NCBI GenBank assembly: GCA_025201805.1
Contig: MU619402.1
Location: 5,475 to 60,278, forward strand
Direction of reading: 5' to 3'
DNA from: Parasitella parasitica NRRL 2501
Taxonomy: Eukaryota > Fungi > Mucoromycota
Length of the DNA stretch: 54,804 bases
Shown piece by piece: positions 1-14,109 of the stretch. Position 1 is the stretch's first letter. The number at the start of each line of letters is the position of its first letter. The translations under genes and the position numbers were made by a program. A model generated the notes under the pieces. The model worked only from the letters and a program-made list of their open reading frames with translations. It was not told the DNA's origin and did not search any database.

Positions 1-351
1 TGGGTTTCTGCACAAGATACTCAGACTAACAACCATGAAAACGACTGGTCCTCTGAAGATATTGAGTTAGGCAACAGCTATACCAGCAGCGTTGACAAAG
101 ACAAACATGTTAATGTCGCTTCAAGTGATAATTGGATATCTGAAGATGTCGAGAACACTGAACATTTGAACGCTGGTTCCTCGAATTGGGATTCTGAAGA
201 CAAGGATCATATAAACGCCCCATCTTATTGGACCCAAGAAGTGGAGCTCCTTCAGAACGATCATACCAACAACCTTAATACCCACAGCAATAAATGGCAA
301 GGTCAATCACCAAATGAGTCATTACACAGAAATGAATGGATTGGTTTTTAG
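1..351 (+). CDS. 3' end of a low-complexity protein with periodic Trp motifs (5' partial)
   Basis: Frame 1 is open from base 1 to TAG at 349-351: WVSAQD...DWSSED...NWISED...NWDSED...YWTQE...KWQG...EWIGF*. Confidence 0.65.
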   Translation, partial: WVSAQDTQTNNHENDWSSEDIELGNSYTSSVDKDKHVNVASSDNWISEDVENTEHLNAGSSNWDSEDKDHINAPSYWTQEVELLQNDHTNNLNTHSNKWQGQSPNESLHRNEWIGF

Positions 352-627
352 ATAAATTTCAAGTCGATCATTTGGCACAAATATTTTCGGGCTTGGTGAG
401 AACTCCATTTCTCCACATTCGAACCATCTCTTTCTTTCCTTTATTTTATATTTTGTATCATCCTGAATAAAACGTTTCATGTAAAATTATAATAGCTTTA
501 GAGGCATGCGCTTATAATAGAGGTGCCGTTTACAGTAATTGATATGCTTGAACAGTAGTATGCAACCATTTTAATGTCATACCGACTATTCTTGTCAAGG
601 TATATTATGTGTGTTTATTTACAATAC

Positions 628-1606
628 TTATGTATGTGAGCCATGAATGATATTAGATCTACTATTAATCTCTTCCATTGGCATACGACGAGGTGCAGAA
701 GTTTGTGGTGACTCTCTCATAACAGCAGGGCGATGGCGGACATGCAGATGATTAATGACTCTTTCATTTGGTGTAACAGCATTCTGTTGTAAACCAGATG
801 AAGATGAGCCCAGAACACTCAATTGGTCTCTAATTCGACGATGAGCCGAAAGAATGCTTTGCTCAATATATTGGATCCGAACAGAATAAGGAGGAATTCG
901 TAGTAAGCGATCTACCATTTCTTGCAATGTAGTTACTTCACTATTCGCTGCAACATCTGTTACTGCTGAAGATGACGATGCCAAGAGCGAAGGCGACATT
1001 GCTGCTATTGAGGATGCTGATTCCAAAACAGCTGGTAGATCTATCTAAAAGTTGAATAAATTGTAGAATTACATTAGGAAAGGAATCATCTTCACCTTCT
1101 GTTATAAAAGATGGCAAACTCGTATCACGACCTAAAGCCGCTCTTGCCGAAAGAAACTGATCTAATAAAGATCCGGTAATTCGAAGTTGCTCCAGCAAAT
1201 CTTCCTTTTCAGTAATACGTTGGTGAAGACAACGATCCAATTCACTTCTCATTGGCGGTGAGGTTGCTGCAGATGTAATTGATGAGGATGAGGAAACGGC
1301 CGTTATTGAGTCGGGTGTGCGAGGGACTCGGGGGTCTCTGCGTCTATCCAGTAGCGACGAGGTCAACATGCTGCGTCTTCTTGATATACGACCAGCCCTT
1401 GGTTGGGTATTAGAAGCACTTCTATGGGCCAAAAGATGTGGATTATGGCTGCTGTTGCTGTCTCTGTGGGATGGCCGTCTTCTATTGCCGTAAATGTGCG
1501 ATTGATGGGAAGAGTCAGTCCAAAATGCATTGTTTGTTGCATTTTTTGCTCGATGCGTCTCAAAAAAAACGTCGTCTTCCTTTGGCTTGTACAGCGGGAG
1601 GCCCAT
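628..1606 (-). CDS. Hypothetical protein, 2 exons
   Basis: ATG at 1606 (MGLPLYKPKEDD). A GT..AG intron at 1095-1041 joins the two track ORFs in frame (FITE/DLPAVLESASS). Ser/Arg-rich with a short helical segment; no family recognised. Confidence 0.7.
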
Positions 1607-4600
1607 ATTTTCTTTGTTTTGTTGATTATACAGACACAAAAGAAAGATGAAAAGATTGAACTCGTGGAACGCCCTTTTTGAAATTGTGAAAAAAAAAAGT
1701 GACTCCTCTGACATCGGTGACGAGCCATCAAACCATGTTACTCATTTGGAATCAACAAACTGTGGTCTCTGTTGACATTATCATGCTCAAACTGTAGTTT
1801 ATGAAATGTGAATGGCTTGAATATTAGTACCTCATTAGACTTGTCTGGAAATTTTTTCGCAAGACTTTAAATCCTAGTGCACTGATCTTCCACGAGAAAC
1901 GGGAGATTAAGTTCAATCATAGATCCACAAAAGGTTATCCATGATGATATGGCCCGAGTAAGCTAGTCCTTGAAAATAACCTACTTGTTGACTTCTAGAC
2001 CTTGATACTACAGTCTTTTTGGTTTCTGAAAAAAATGTTCGAGTAAATGATAAATATCGCGGTGCTTGTGATAATATATATTGGGGTTTCTGATAGCAAA
2101 ACCTTTTATTTCTGATTAAAAGCTAAGAATTTCCTGAGAGAAGAGAAATGCCTCCCTAAGAATATATCAAGTAGGGACAAGAAATATTAAATATAATCAC
2201 ATTTTTATATTTTTATTTTAGAGATTGCAACGCCCTAATATTATATTTTTGATCAAACAGCCATTGTGCAAGAGCAATATGTATTCTTAAATGAATTACT
2301 ATTTGTGTTTTTTATTATCACATTGTCCAATGCAATGAAAATTTTTTATGGACACTAACGATATGTACTTGAGATACCTGAAGCTGAACAATCACCTAAC
2401 GGGCCACAATACAAAATTGTTTGATTTTCACAGTTGATAAATATTTCAGAAATATCCGTTAGATATTAGGCATCAAATAAGCTCAAATATTTAGACAAGT
2501 CCATAGAATCGCATAGGTATTTAAACAAAAAAAAAAAGATCAAACCACGAAACCATCAAAGTATCAAAGTATCAAACTGCATATACGGTACTAATAAGGC
2601 ACTAATTTGTACGTATCCGTCAAATTATGCATTTACACAATAAAAGATCGTACCATATTCAAGCAAACGACAATCTCTACTTTTATAACTTCACGCTATT
2701 ATTTTATGTTACATCTGTTGAGTCAAGTCAGAATATCCAATATCAAAGAAAGAATATACAGTCGGGACTCTTTATACCAAACGGATTGGCGCACAAAAAT
2801 GTGTTTGATATAGCGAGTAATTCCCAATCCAGAATTTGATACTCTGCAGTACAGTGTCTGGAACCTGGAACCTACCAGAAGCTTATTAAGAAGCTTAAAT
2901 TTTGTTAGTAGAATTACTCTCAACCTCAATCCTAACCTCTATTTTACTTTCTATTTTACATGTTTAGCATTACAATTACAAAGAAAGGAACTTTGAACTG
3001 ACATTAAGCATTATTATAAGCAATAATGATAACAGGGCTTCTCTGTCACTAACAATTAGCAACTTATATGAATTATTCACAAACAACAAGGGGTTATTAT
3101 TGCAGCAAACATTGTATTCATTAATTATCCTTTTCTGCTTCCAACTCGATGGGCCATACCTGTTTTATCATATTACTATGAAGAAGGGTATAATTGTGGC
3201 ATCAAAAATATTTACTTTATAGAACTGTAGAATTGATATTGACGTGATATGACCTCCAGAAAGATATTTTTACAGCTTAAAAGCAAGAGCTTTAGCTTCG
3301 CGAGCCATTTTTTGGTTAATTTTCATAATCAAAAGTGCCTTGAAACACGAAAAATAGTATCCATTGATAAAAAACTATGTTATATATGATTTTGGTGCAA
3401 TTCGAGCATATTTTTTTTTTCGATGCAAAATGACGGATTTTTTCGATTTTTTCCTTGTATCCACGCATCCAAAATCATCGATTATCCATTATCCTCAATT
3501 TTGACCTCAAAAATGCAACTTTTTACTATAGTATATATTAGAAGAAAATGATCGTAAAAGACCATTCCTTGATCTGAAAGACTGGAAATGCGCTCTAATT
3601 AAGCAAAATATTGACTTTTCCCTCTTGATCTGTTTTGAGGTTTTCTCGACATAATTCCTTCCATAAGCATAAGAGAAAAACGAAATGATACCAGCGCATA
3701 GAGCGTCCAAAAATACAGCTATTATCATAGACTGACAGCCGTGGTATGCATAGTATCAGAAGACGATATCTTGCCTTAAATAAGTAATTTTGTTTTCTGA
3801 TTGTACAAATGGAGTTTCTGAAAGAAATTTTTCTTCCTGATTTTGGACGCGTTTAATCTCCGCTGCCATAGAAAAATGGTGCTTTTTTTGAAGAAAGCAT
3901 TAGCTTTGAGAAGACATAGCTTAACCAATTAAAAAGAAAAACAATTGAAACCTATTTTATATAAATTTTGTGCTTCTTGGCTTTCTTATGGTAGTACTTG
4001 CATGTCTGTACCTGATTTGACGATATCACGCTCCGATTTTGAAAAATACTTTTCCGAATAAAGTCAGAGATGTGGCTACCTTCATCTGATTTCAACTTAA
4101 AAAGAATAAAATCTTGCTTTAAGCTATGCAAATATGTAATCAAAAAGGTGCCTTGTAGTCGAATACATTACTTTGTATTACTTCTTTTGTGTTTGAGATT
4201 GCTAAACATTGTTTTCTTACAGTTTTTGTCTTTTTTCTGACAATAACACAGTGAAGCCCGCGTAGACCAAAAAAAAAAAAAAAAAAATCAAACGCCTAAA
4301 ATCTACGCTGGCTTTACAAAGACACACTTTTGAACCATTCCAATATAATGGAAAAGATGGCACAGGTTTGACTAGCTGTTCTACTGTGCATATGGATATA
4401 GAGAACCCAGTTTGGTATTTGTCTGACAAGACCTTCTACACTAGAAGACGACAAATCAACTGAAGGTATACGAAAGTGCCAAAAAAAAAAAGGAAACAAT
4501 CTGCCACCAGGATAAAACACCCATTCAAAAAAAAAAAAAAATTATCTGTATAGAAATTTATGAAATCCTAAGGACATAAATAAAGCTTATCTCCAACCTT

Positions 4601-5379
4601 GCTCTCCGTTCCTGAATCTAATGAAAGGGGTTTGATCCAAAGTCAACAGACACACTTACACCCAGAATCTCAAGATATTTGTCACTAGACAACCGTAACC
4701 TTTTTTTAAAGAATACTTTGAAGTTAAAGATATGATGTAGATAGCTTATTTCACAACACATTCTCTTAATATTTTCATTACGAATGAAACAAATTAATGC
4801 AATTACCCTTTTTCTCTAAATATGGAAATCCCCACTTTGAGATCTTTTTCTCTTATCTCAGAAACCTCTTAGCTTTTATAAATAAAAGGTTTACCAGAAA
4901 CCCTACTATATATTATCACAATCACCATGTCATTCATCATTTACTTGATTTTTTTTTTTGGAAACTGCAAACTGACAGTATATCCATGATGGACTATACT
5001 TTGCATGTAAAGTGGGTCAATTTTGTTTTCGTCAGCTCTGTAATTCGTTATAATAGTACGCACAAATCAAAGTCTACAAGTCAGCTGTGCATATTATGTA
5101 TTTGATACACAACAATAAACTCATGAAAATAGTACAGCAGACGCAAGGAGAATGTGTATGGCTATAATCGACCTAAAACGGTATGTATGTATTAAAATAA
5201 AACGTTTTTGACTAATAAAAATAGCAAAAAGAAAAAACTTCGCTTGTAGGATATTCTCCTTGCAGTCCATTTTGTTACACTTTTTCTAAAAATCATGGCA
5301 ATTGTTATAAAAAAATGCTTTAAAGTGTGCGATATTTATTAGATTTGATACCTAATGCTAGTAATATCGGCTAAAAAAA

Positions 5380-7229
5380 TCATAATATCTTGACCGTTTT
5401 GGCTGATGATGACCTGAAGATCAGAGAGAACGCCCTTTTAGCAATAAAAACAAGTACCCATAATAAAAAGAATAAAATTAGAGCCAAAGCCCCATATATA
5501 TCCAAATTATGGCTCTTCAGATAGGACATTCGATGGTCAGCGCTTTCACGATGAAGAAGTTTTCCATCTTTGTTAGTGTAAGCTACCTCTTCAACGATAT
5601 CAGCACCACGAACAACACCATTACGAGAGTAAATTTGTACAAGGGCCTGCGTGCGCTTAAGACTATCCGCAATTTCCCCAGTTTCATCCATTGTCGTCTT
5701 TCTAAATAACTCTACAGCTTCTTCGACGCTGTGGTCGCTCTTTAAAATGCTACCCAATTTGCTGGTTTCTATGGTAACTGCGTTTCCAATTTGATCTCCA
5801 AAGAAGGGAAATACAATCATGCGGGTTCCGCTATACATTGATTCGTACCAAGAACCTAAACCACCATGCGATACAAACAAGACGGTCGATGGATGGTGAA
5901 GAATAGCAGTTTGTGGTGCCCACTTGACCATACGTGCATGAGGATTGACATGGTCAAACATATCTTGGACGTTGTATATAGTACCAGAGGATGTAGTGAT
6001 TGATTCTTGAAACCTACCAGCAGCGTGAACAGTGGCCCAAATAAAACCATCCAAGTATCCACGCTCAACACTTTCTAAAAGCCCAGACAGAATAAGATGG
6101 ATATCACTTTCAGAAGGAGTGGCGGCATGTCCAAAGGCTATGTAGGCAACACGTTGATGAGCATCAAGAAACGTTTTCAGATCATCAGTCAATGGCTTGT
6201 ACTGTTGAGGGATGATAGGACCAATAAATTCAGCCAAAGGTCCAAGAGGTCGAGCAGGGGTAAAGCCAAACAAAACATTAGTCAACTTGATTGCATGCCT
6301 CCACTTGTAACTAGGATCCTCTAACTTGGCATCTATTCCTATAGCATTTTTTCTCGCTTGTATCTTTTTGAGTGCGGGTAAAATAGCTCTGATGTTGACG
6401 ATAGGGGTGACAAACTTAGTTTTAAAGCGATCAACAAATGATTGAGTTTCAGTGGTAGGAAAGTTCATTGTTGTAACATCATTGTTAACGTATGGAGCAG
6501 AAGTATCTGAAAACCAAGTGTCTGAGTATCATGACATGGACGCAATAAGCTGATATGCATACCTTTTGTAGTATCCATAGCCGCTGTAATGATATAAGGA
6601 ATGCTTAGATTTGTAGCAGCTTCAACGCAAGGATCAGCAAAATGATCACACAAGGCAACGTCGATTCGGTTGTCGATAAAAAATTGTCTTGTGAATAGGT
6701 AATCTATATGTGTATGTGTGTGCCCACATCCTGTTCAGTGCTAATTCGGCCAATATTAATTGTGCTATTGTATATACCTCTTTCAAAGTTGGAAAACATC
6801 AAGTCCATTACTTGAGACATGAAAAGTGCAGGATTTTTGGTTGCCAACTCTTTGAATCCATCATTAAAAATTTCAGTGGCATCCCAGTCAGCACCTGGGC
6901 CAGTTGATACAGTCTGAACGTTCTTATAAGGGCTACCAAAGCGCATGTCGTCCTCCTACACACATTAATGCTAGACTTTTATCTTGGAGAATTGATTAAT
7001 GTATACGTACAGCCGTTAAAAATGTAAAATTGTGCCCTCTTCTTCCAAGCTCATCACCAATATTGAGGACCCAGTTGTAATGTGATGCGCCGCCTACCAC
7101 GCAAAAAAACGCAATGTTTTTTTGGCCGCCGTTTTGAAAGGTAGGCTCCAAATTCGAATTAGATTGAGCCAGAATAGACGAAAGGAGCAAACCTATAGGC
7201 AGTAGCAGCTGCTTTATGTTAATCTTCAT
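5380..7229 (-). CDS. UDP-glycosyltransferase (GT1/UDPGT family) with signal peptide and C-terminal TM helix, multi-exon
   Basis: N-terminal signal peptide, GGASHY catalytic-His motif, UGT signature WAPQTAILHHPSTVLFVSHGGLGSWYESMYSGTRMIVFPFFGDQ, hydrophobic C-terminal helix. Three short GT..AG introns lie between about 6508 and 7010. Confidence 0.93.
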
Positions 7230-9928
7230 ATTTTACAATCGTAAAGTAATGGATGAAAAGCATTTAGATCGAATTCTTTTATAGTTGAAAGTTAAATCTT
7301 GTGTTGCCCGTTGTATTTCAGGGTGCCAAACTTTTGATTCAAAAATACTGGATGAAACCGGCACGCCACCCGTAAACTCACTCAGCGCCGTAGTCGGAAA
7401 AATTAGATGCCGAAGCCATCATTATAAACATGTAAACATGGATGTGCATGTGGTTGCGCCTTCAGTGATCATTGCTGTGGCAAATTTGTCAAGATTTTTC
7501 ATTTTATAATAAGCATGTAAAATATCTCGTGCCAACCGGAGGAAATTTCAAAGAGAATCCATTTCCTATACACATTGCACGCCTTTGCTCAGACATTGGT
7601 CATTTTGTATCATATTTATCGATTGTAAAATACACACTGGTAAGTCCAAATGCCATTTATTTTGTTTTTTAGTAGGTAAAGATTTTTGTGCTCCGGGGGG
7701 TTGACACCTCCATTAGTTGAACAATTTGACCTCACCGAATTGTGGTCGATTTGGCCATCTGTTTTATAAAGAATACTGTAATCAAATGTATCGAAAGCAC
7801 CAATCTCAACTAAAGCATATAAAATACTTGAAGTTTAGGTAGAATCCATTGTAAGCAACGCCCCAATAATTAATAATTATCAGGTAGTTCCTACACTTTC
7901 ACAGTCTTCAGAAGTTGGAAATGTTTTCTTATGTCTAATCCAAATCAAGGCTATGTCCTGATAGTAGGCGCTTGCACAGACTAGCTGGAAACCTGACTTC
8001 AGCTCAATTAATGAAAAACAGCATCTGACTAGCCAAAAGAATTTTTTATATGCGAGAATATCAAACAAAGACATGTTTGAACTCACAAACATTGCTGTGC
8101 AGCTGATGTATATACTTTTGTTTTTTTAAAAAATTGACATTGAGCGTGTTTATACGAAATCTATTTTGCAAAACGTGCAATCTTGAAATTTCCGCGCATA
8201 CCATATGCGAGATGGTGCTTTTTTTGACCGTCTGTGTGATACACAACTATGGTCATTTTACATCTTCAACGGTCATAAAACAATTTTTTTTTTCTTGAAA
8301 AAAATCAAGGACAAGTTAAATAACTTTTGAGAGCAACATTATAAATTTGAGATAAACTTGATATTTATTAAACTATAAAGTTATTACACTGGAACCATAC
8401 TTAGCTACAAATGCAAAAATGTTAATAATCCATTCAAAAAGGAGACAGTTTCATGAAAAAAAAGAAAGGAAGAGATCAGTGCTTCTTAGAGATATGTAAC
8501 AGGTGTATTTTTAAAAAAAATCAGACAACACAGAATGTTGATCAACGATACACTTATCATCAATTCAAATCCGTCCTTTTTGCTCATGAAATTACTCTTT
8601 GATATTATTTATTATAGTTACCTTCAAGTTAATATATGCTCAGACATCGCCTTTTTGTCGTCATACCTCGAACCTATCCCTTGGGATGGTTGTGGTATAA
8701 TACTCTATTGAACATTATATTCAATCGTTTACCAAAGCTTTCATCAGCGCAATATATTTATTTCGTGATGAGAAAGGGAAAGAAGTTGTTCAACGAAAAT
8801 TTTTTTTATTATATACGGTGTTCGCTAAAGTTTTTCGACAGTCCAAAGAATTTCTGCTTCAGGAAAGCCACTGGACATGTACAACTCGACATGGCAGATA
8901 TTCGTTTCACAGGGTAATCGTATTACTATGTTTGAGAAGCTATTTGCACAAAAGTGCTATAAGTAATTGTTTCAATTATTTTAATCAGTATGGCAGATTA
9001 GCAGATCGCAATTGATACAAACTTCTAACTTGTAGATGTAGCCTTGGAAGCACGATGAGCATGATGTCTCCACCGACATTCCCAATTACAACTAACAGGC
9101 GAAATGTTTTCTGTATGAAGCTATTGGAAATCTTTGTGTCTACTAAGATAATTTTTCTGTTTGATTAAATGACATAAACACAAAGAGATGCAAGGAAATT
9201 CAATTGAGTTATAAATGTTTACAGTATTGCTTAAATTCATAGTATTTTTTTTTAAAAAAAAAAGGCAAAAAGATTCACGACTCCACTTATTGGTATAAAG
9301 ATACTCTTTACTTTTGATTTTGTAGCTTCAATACAGCTTTAAAATCCTTTAAACATTATAATTACCCAAAATTTGCTGAGGAAAAGCAGTCTGTAGATAT
9401 GTATCGTTTCACCCCTCCCCCCAAAAAAAAACTATAAAAAGGGATTCATCTTTCGAAACGTTGTAACTCTTTATCTCACAACGACGAGAAATTAAATTTC
9501 TCAAAAAGTGGCTTAAAAAGTGTATATCAGCTTTCATCTGATATACATCTATATAGGGCTTCAAGATGAATGTATACGGTGTAAAACCTTTGTAACGAGG
9601 ACTCGTTCTTATGAGTAACATTGACCAAAGCCGTTCGAAATGCTAGCAAATTACTTATAGTTTACCAGTAAACTGAAATGAAAAAATTAAATAAAAACTT
9701 TGCCTGGTATAAGCTGTGGGGCTATTCGAGCAGCCTTTGAGTTACTTCAAATGTCTGAATGGCCCTCTTTCTCAGTCTGCAATGGCATTTACAAGTGACG
9801 CATCGTAACTAATCAACCAATAATAAGTTGACATGAGAAAGGCAAACAAACGGGAACAATTAAAAATACAACGATTCAAGTCTCCTCCTTTTTTTCTTTC
9901 TTTTACACGAACCTTGGTTAAGAAGAAT

Positions 9929-12309
9929 ATGGCACAGTACACATACGACGAGCAAGGTTTTAACTTTTATTACTTCCTTATTTCAGTGTTGTCATTAGCG
10001 CTAGTTCCTGTGACAATTCAAACATTTTATTCTCTATATAAGACAGGAAGTAAGTCTTTTGAACATGTTTACATTGACGTTTGCGTTAACATGGCATTTT
10101 TCTTTGAAAAATCTTAGGTAGCAAAAACCAAAAGATTTGCTTATGTAGTGTTTGTCAAAAAGAGAGGAAGAAGGCTAGTGTTGCTAAACCTAGTGTCATC
10201 AAGAAATTGGTTACTAGTCCCAAGTAATGATTTTAATTGATTGCTTGTAGACGTGTATTAAACTGTAATATCTACTCAAACAGATTCCTCTTCTTAGTTA
10301 TTGGTTGGGTAGGTGTTGTGCTCCTGACTATGCAAGTTGCCAATGCTGAGGTCAAGTCGGTCACTTGGGATCCATATGAGATTTTGGGCATCTCAGAGGT
10401 AATTTAGGATAGTTGCAGGTTCGTCAATGTTTACTAGAACGCAATTAATTAGGGCGCCACTCTCCCTGAAATCAAGAAACACTACAAAAAGCTGTCTTTG
10501 GTTTATCATCCTGATAAGGCAGCTCCTGGAGAAGAAGAGAAGAATGAGGAACGTTTCATTGATATTACCAAAGCTTACAAAGTGTAAGTCTACTCGTGTC
10601 ACATACCACTAACGCGAATTTATTCACGGTATTTATGTTTGTAGCTTGACCGATGATGATACGCGCAGAAACTATGAAGAATATGGTCATCCTGATGGTA
10701 AGCAGTCCTTTACTATGGGTGTTGCGCTTCCCAAGGGCCTTGTTGAGGGTAATGGTATGCTGGTTTTGAGTTTCTACGCTCTTGCATTTGGTTTAGGTTT
10801 ACCTTACTTTATTGTAAGTCGATTGCAGCGTATTTTTGACAGAGCCTACATATTTAATGCTTAAATTAGGCACAATGGTGGTATAGATCTCGTCGCTTGA
10901 CAAAAGATAAGATTTTGAACAAGACTATGGGCATTTTTGTTAAAGGTTTAAAAGAGAACAATAGCTTTAAAGGTAAATAACCCTCTTTTGTGTGTGTGTA
11001 TTTGTGTTAATGTGGCCGATAACTGACGTTTTTAAAAGACGTTGTTGATGTGTTGGCAGGAGCTACCGAATTCAAGGAAGGAACTGATGTCCGCCATGGC
11101 GAGGAAAAGATTTTGAATGCCATTAATAGTGCCATCGCTGAAGAATTAGAGAATAGATTTGGAGAAAAGTTCAATCGTTTGACTGATGCTATCCCTGCCT
11201 ACCGTCGTAAAGCTCGCACCTTACTCTATGCTTATTTCCTTCGCGTTGATATTGCATCCAAGGGCGCTTCCAAGTCTTTGATTAAGGATCAACAATTTAT
11301 CGTTGATAAATCAATCCACCTCCTTCAAGGTCTTTTGCAAATTACTACTGTAAAGCAATGGCTAAGCACTACTTGTGTTATTATGGAGCTCCAACAGCAT
11401 TTGTTACAAGCTACTTACCCCGGAGACGATAGTGTTAAACAATTGCCTCACATCACAAACACAATGTTGCGTCGCTATAACCGAAATCACAAGAAAAGCA
11501 AGATTAGTACTGTTCAACAATTATGCGCCATGACTGAAGACGAACGCAAGAATCTGCTTAAATCGCTCTCCGATGAAGAGTATCTCGATGTCATGGAAGT
11601 TGCTAATCGCATCCCCAAATTGACTGTAGAGAAGGCTGTTTTCAAGGTAATTGGCGACAACATCATCACCACTGGCGCTATTATTACTTTTATCTTGAAA
11701 TTAAGAAACGGCGAAATTACTGGCATTGAAGCTACAAATGAAAAGGTGGCAAAAAACAAGGAAGAAGAAGAAGAGGACGAGGCAGTGGTTTCTCCTGAAG
11801 ATGACAAAAAGAAAGATGGTAGAGTCTTACCCATGGCCCACGTTCCTTTCTATCCTGGAGAAAAGAAGCCTTGTTGGTGGATTTTCTTGGGTGACCCCAA
11901 GGTGAACCGTATTTTGGTTCCTCACAAGAAGGTTACTGATATTGTAGACGAGCAAACCATCAAAATTCCATTCCCTGGCCCACCTAAGCCTGGTGTCTAC
12001 ACATTTTCTCTTTTTGTTAAGTCCGATACCTACGTTGGTACTGACATCCTTCAAGACATCAAGTTGAAGGTTCAAGACCCTGCTGATCTCCCTGAAGAAG
12101 ATGACGTTGATGATAGTATTTCTGAACCTGAGGAAGATTCCATCGCCGGCCAAATGAAGATGATGAGAGAGCAAGGTTTTGCCACCGCTTTAGCTGGTGG
12201 CGGAGGCAAAGATAAAAAGGAAAAGGACGATTCGGATTCGGATTCTTCCTCTGATGAAGGAGAAAACGATGCCAATTATGTCACTGAATCTGATTCTGAT
12301 GACGAGTAG
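9929..12309 (+). CDS. SEC63: ER translocon subunit Sec63 (J domain plus Sec63/Brl domain), multi-exon
   Basis: Start MAQYTYDEQGFNFYYFL, WDPYEILG, J-domain HPD, NYEEYGHPDGKQSFTMGVALP, SDTYVGTD, acidic C-terminal tail. Confidence 0.95.
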
Positions 12310-12619
12310 ATAAAAACTTATACGATTTTACATAAATAAATTACCCAAAAAGAAATAAAAAACATGATAAATATATAGCATGAAAGTGACATATTGTGAA
12401 GTATTTGAGTCCCCAGTGTGAAACCTCTTGACTCTTGATTTCTCGCTGCAGATTGATTTCATAAGAAAGCACACCCAAGTCCATATCTGTCCCGATGAAA
12501 CATCAAGTCTTTACATTACTTTCTTTATGCTCTAAACTTGCTGGTGATAATGCTGTTGCTATTATTATAAAATAAGAAACGCTCAAATCCTGACATTGCT
12601 CTAATTGAGTTCTAGGTCA

Positions 12620-13570
12620 ATTGTAGCCTTCATTGAATTTTTTCTAGCAGATTTCAAGCAGTTGGGCTCTCTAGCTATTCAATTCTTGAGAAAGAATATA
12701 TCCCCAGTGATTCTCTGGATGGTGTGGACTCTCACCAAAGACCAAGGTGATTTGAGTGTTGTTGATATCCTGGTGCAGGCTTCCGCCCTATATTTTCGTT
12801 GGTTACATCCCCTGTTGATACATGATCAAACAACAATGAATTCTCGACCTGTATCTTACTTGCTTAGATATCATCTGCGTAATGTCAATTCTTATGATTA
12901 CCAGCAGATCCTCTTGTTGTTTCCTGCTGTTCTCAAAAAACAAGGGATTGGCACTGTCGACATGTTGTACCTATAAGGCAATTGACTACCTTTCGCGGTC
13001 TTTTGCTGCTGCTCGTATTAACACTGCTACGGTTAAACAAATGTTGGTTTCCGATGTGTTCCAGTATGATGCTCGTCTTGATTTTGTCCACTGAAAAGAT
13101 ACTCGAGATTCTTCTCTGCTTACTTGATACGATCCGCTTCAACAGTGTTCAAAGGCCTGGCGTCGGACAAGTTGAAATTTCCACCTGATTTTGCCCCTGT
13201 TTGTAGTCCTGCCCCTCTCAAGACTCGGTGATCATCTGTTTTCCTTTGGTCCAACCAGTTCATTTTCAAAGCGGCCGATCTATTTCTTCCATTGCCTATC
13301 AAACGAGAAAATCTGGCAGGGCAGTATCTTTGAGGCCCTACGGCTTACTACTTTTATCGACGATATCAAAGAGGCTCTTCTGTCCCTGGATTTTTCCAAC
13401 ATCTGGTCATGTCATTGTAAAAGGATCTTACCCTACCGAATCCTCATTATCACACACTGTCAAACATGGCTTGCCCCAAATGAAGTTTATTTTCGATAAA
13501 ACACCCATCGAGCCTGTAGCGATATTGGTCACTATCCGATTCAATATTCATCTAGAAAAAAAAAAATAGT
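12620..13570 (+). mobile_element. Degenerate 3' fragment of an L1-like non-LTR retrotransposon ORF2
   Basis: Broken frames give WTLTKDQGDLSVVDILVQASALYFRWL (post-RT GGLG-type motif), MLVSDVFQYDARLDFVH, and FFHC...KIWQG...IKEALLSLDFSNIW (zf-RVT-type C-terminus). An A-run follows at about 13556-13566. Many stops and frameshifts. Confidence 0.7.
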
Positions 13571-14109
13571 AGTTTTTCCTCAATATCTCCAAACTTTTTT
13601 AAAACAACGAGTTAATGCAAAATAAGTACGTCTGCAGAATGTTTCATTGCGCTTTTAATGATAAAAATTAGCAGTATTTTTCCTGCCTAAAACGTAGTAA
13701 ATTGCTGTTGAAAGAAAATACGTTTTTTCATGAGGAATCAAATTTTTTTTTCTTTCTACAAATGCATCAGATATCAACTACAAGTTCCGAAAAACAGTTT
13801 GGCGTGCTTCTGAGGTCTTAAATCAGCTGTATTAGTTCTTCATCATCAACGAAATGGACTGCTTTTGTTCATCAATTGATTTCCTGTTTTTTATAGTGGG
13901 GTGATACGTCAAATTGTAGTGGGTGCGCCAGCCAAAAATGAAAAGTTGACGTCATCTTTTTTTATATTTTAAACTCAGTTGGTGGTGCGCCAGGTGGTGC
14001 GCCAAGAATTGCCCATAAATATTTCTCAATCACTAAACAAATTTCCTTTTTGCAACCGCATCATTGCAATCTCGTAAGTATTTAGTTTGCATGCTATGAT
14101 TTTTTGGAT

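Noticed and set aside
1750-5300. Short ORFs in AT-rich DNA (also 7700-9800, 46100-48000 and 53000-54804)
   Set aside because: Possibly very old gene or TE relics, but I could not support any motif or consistent splice model.
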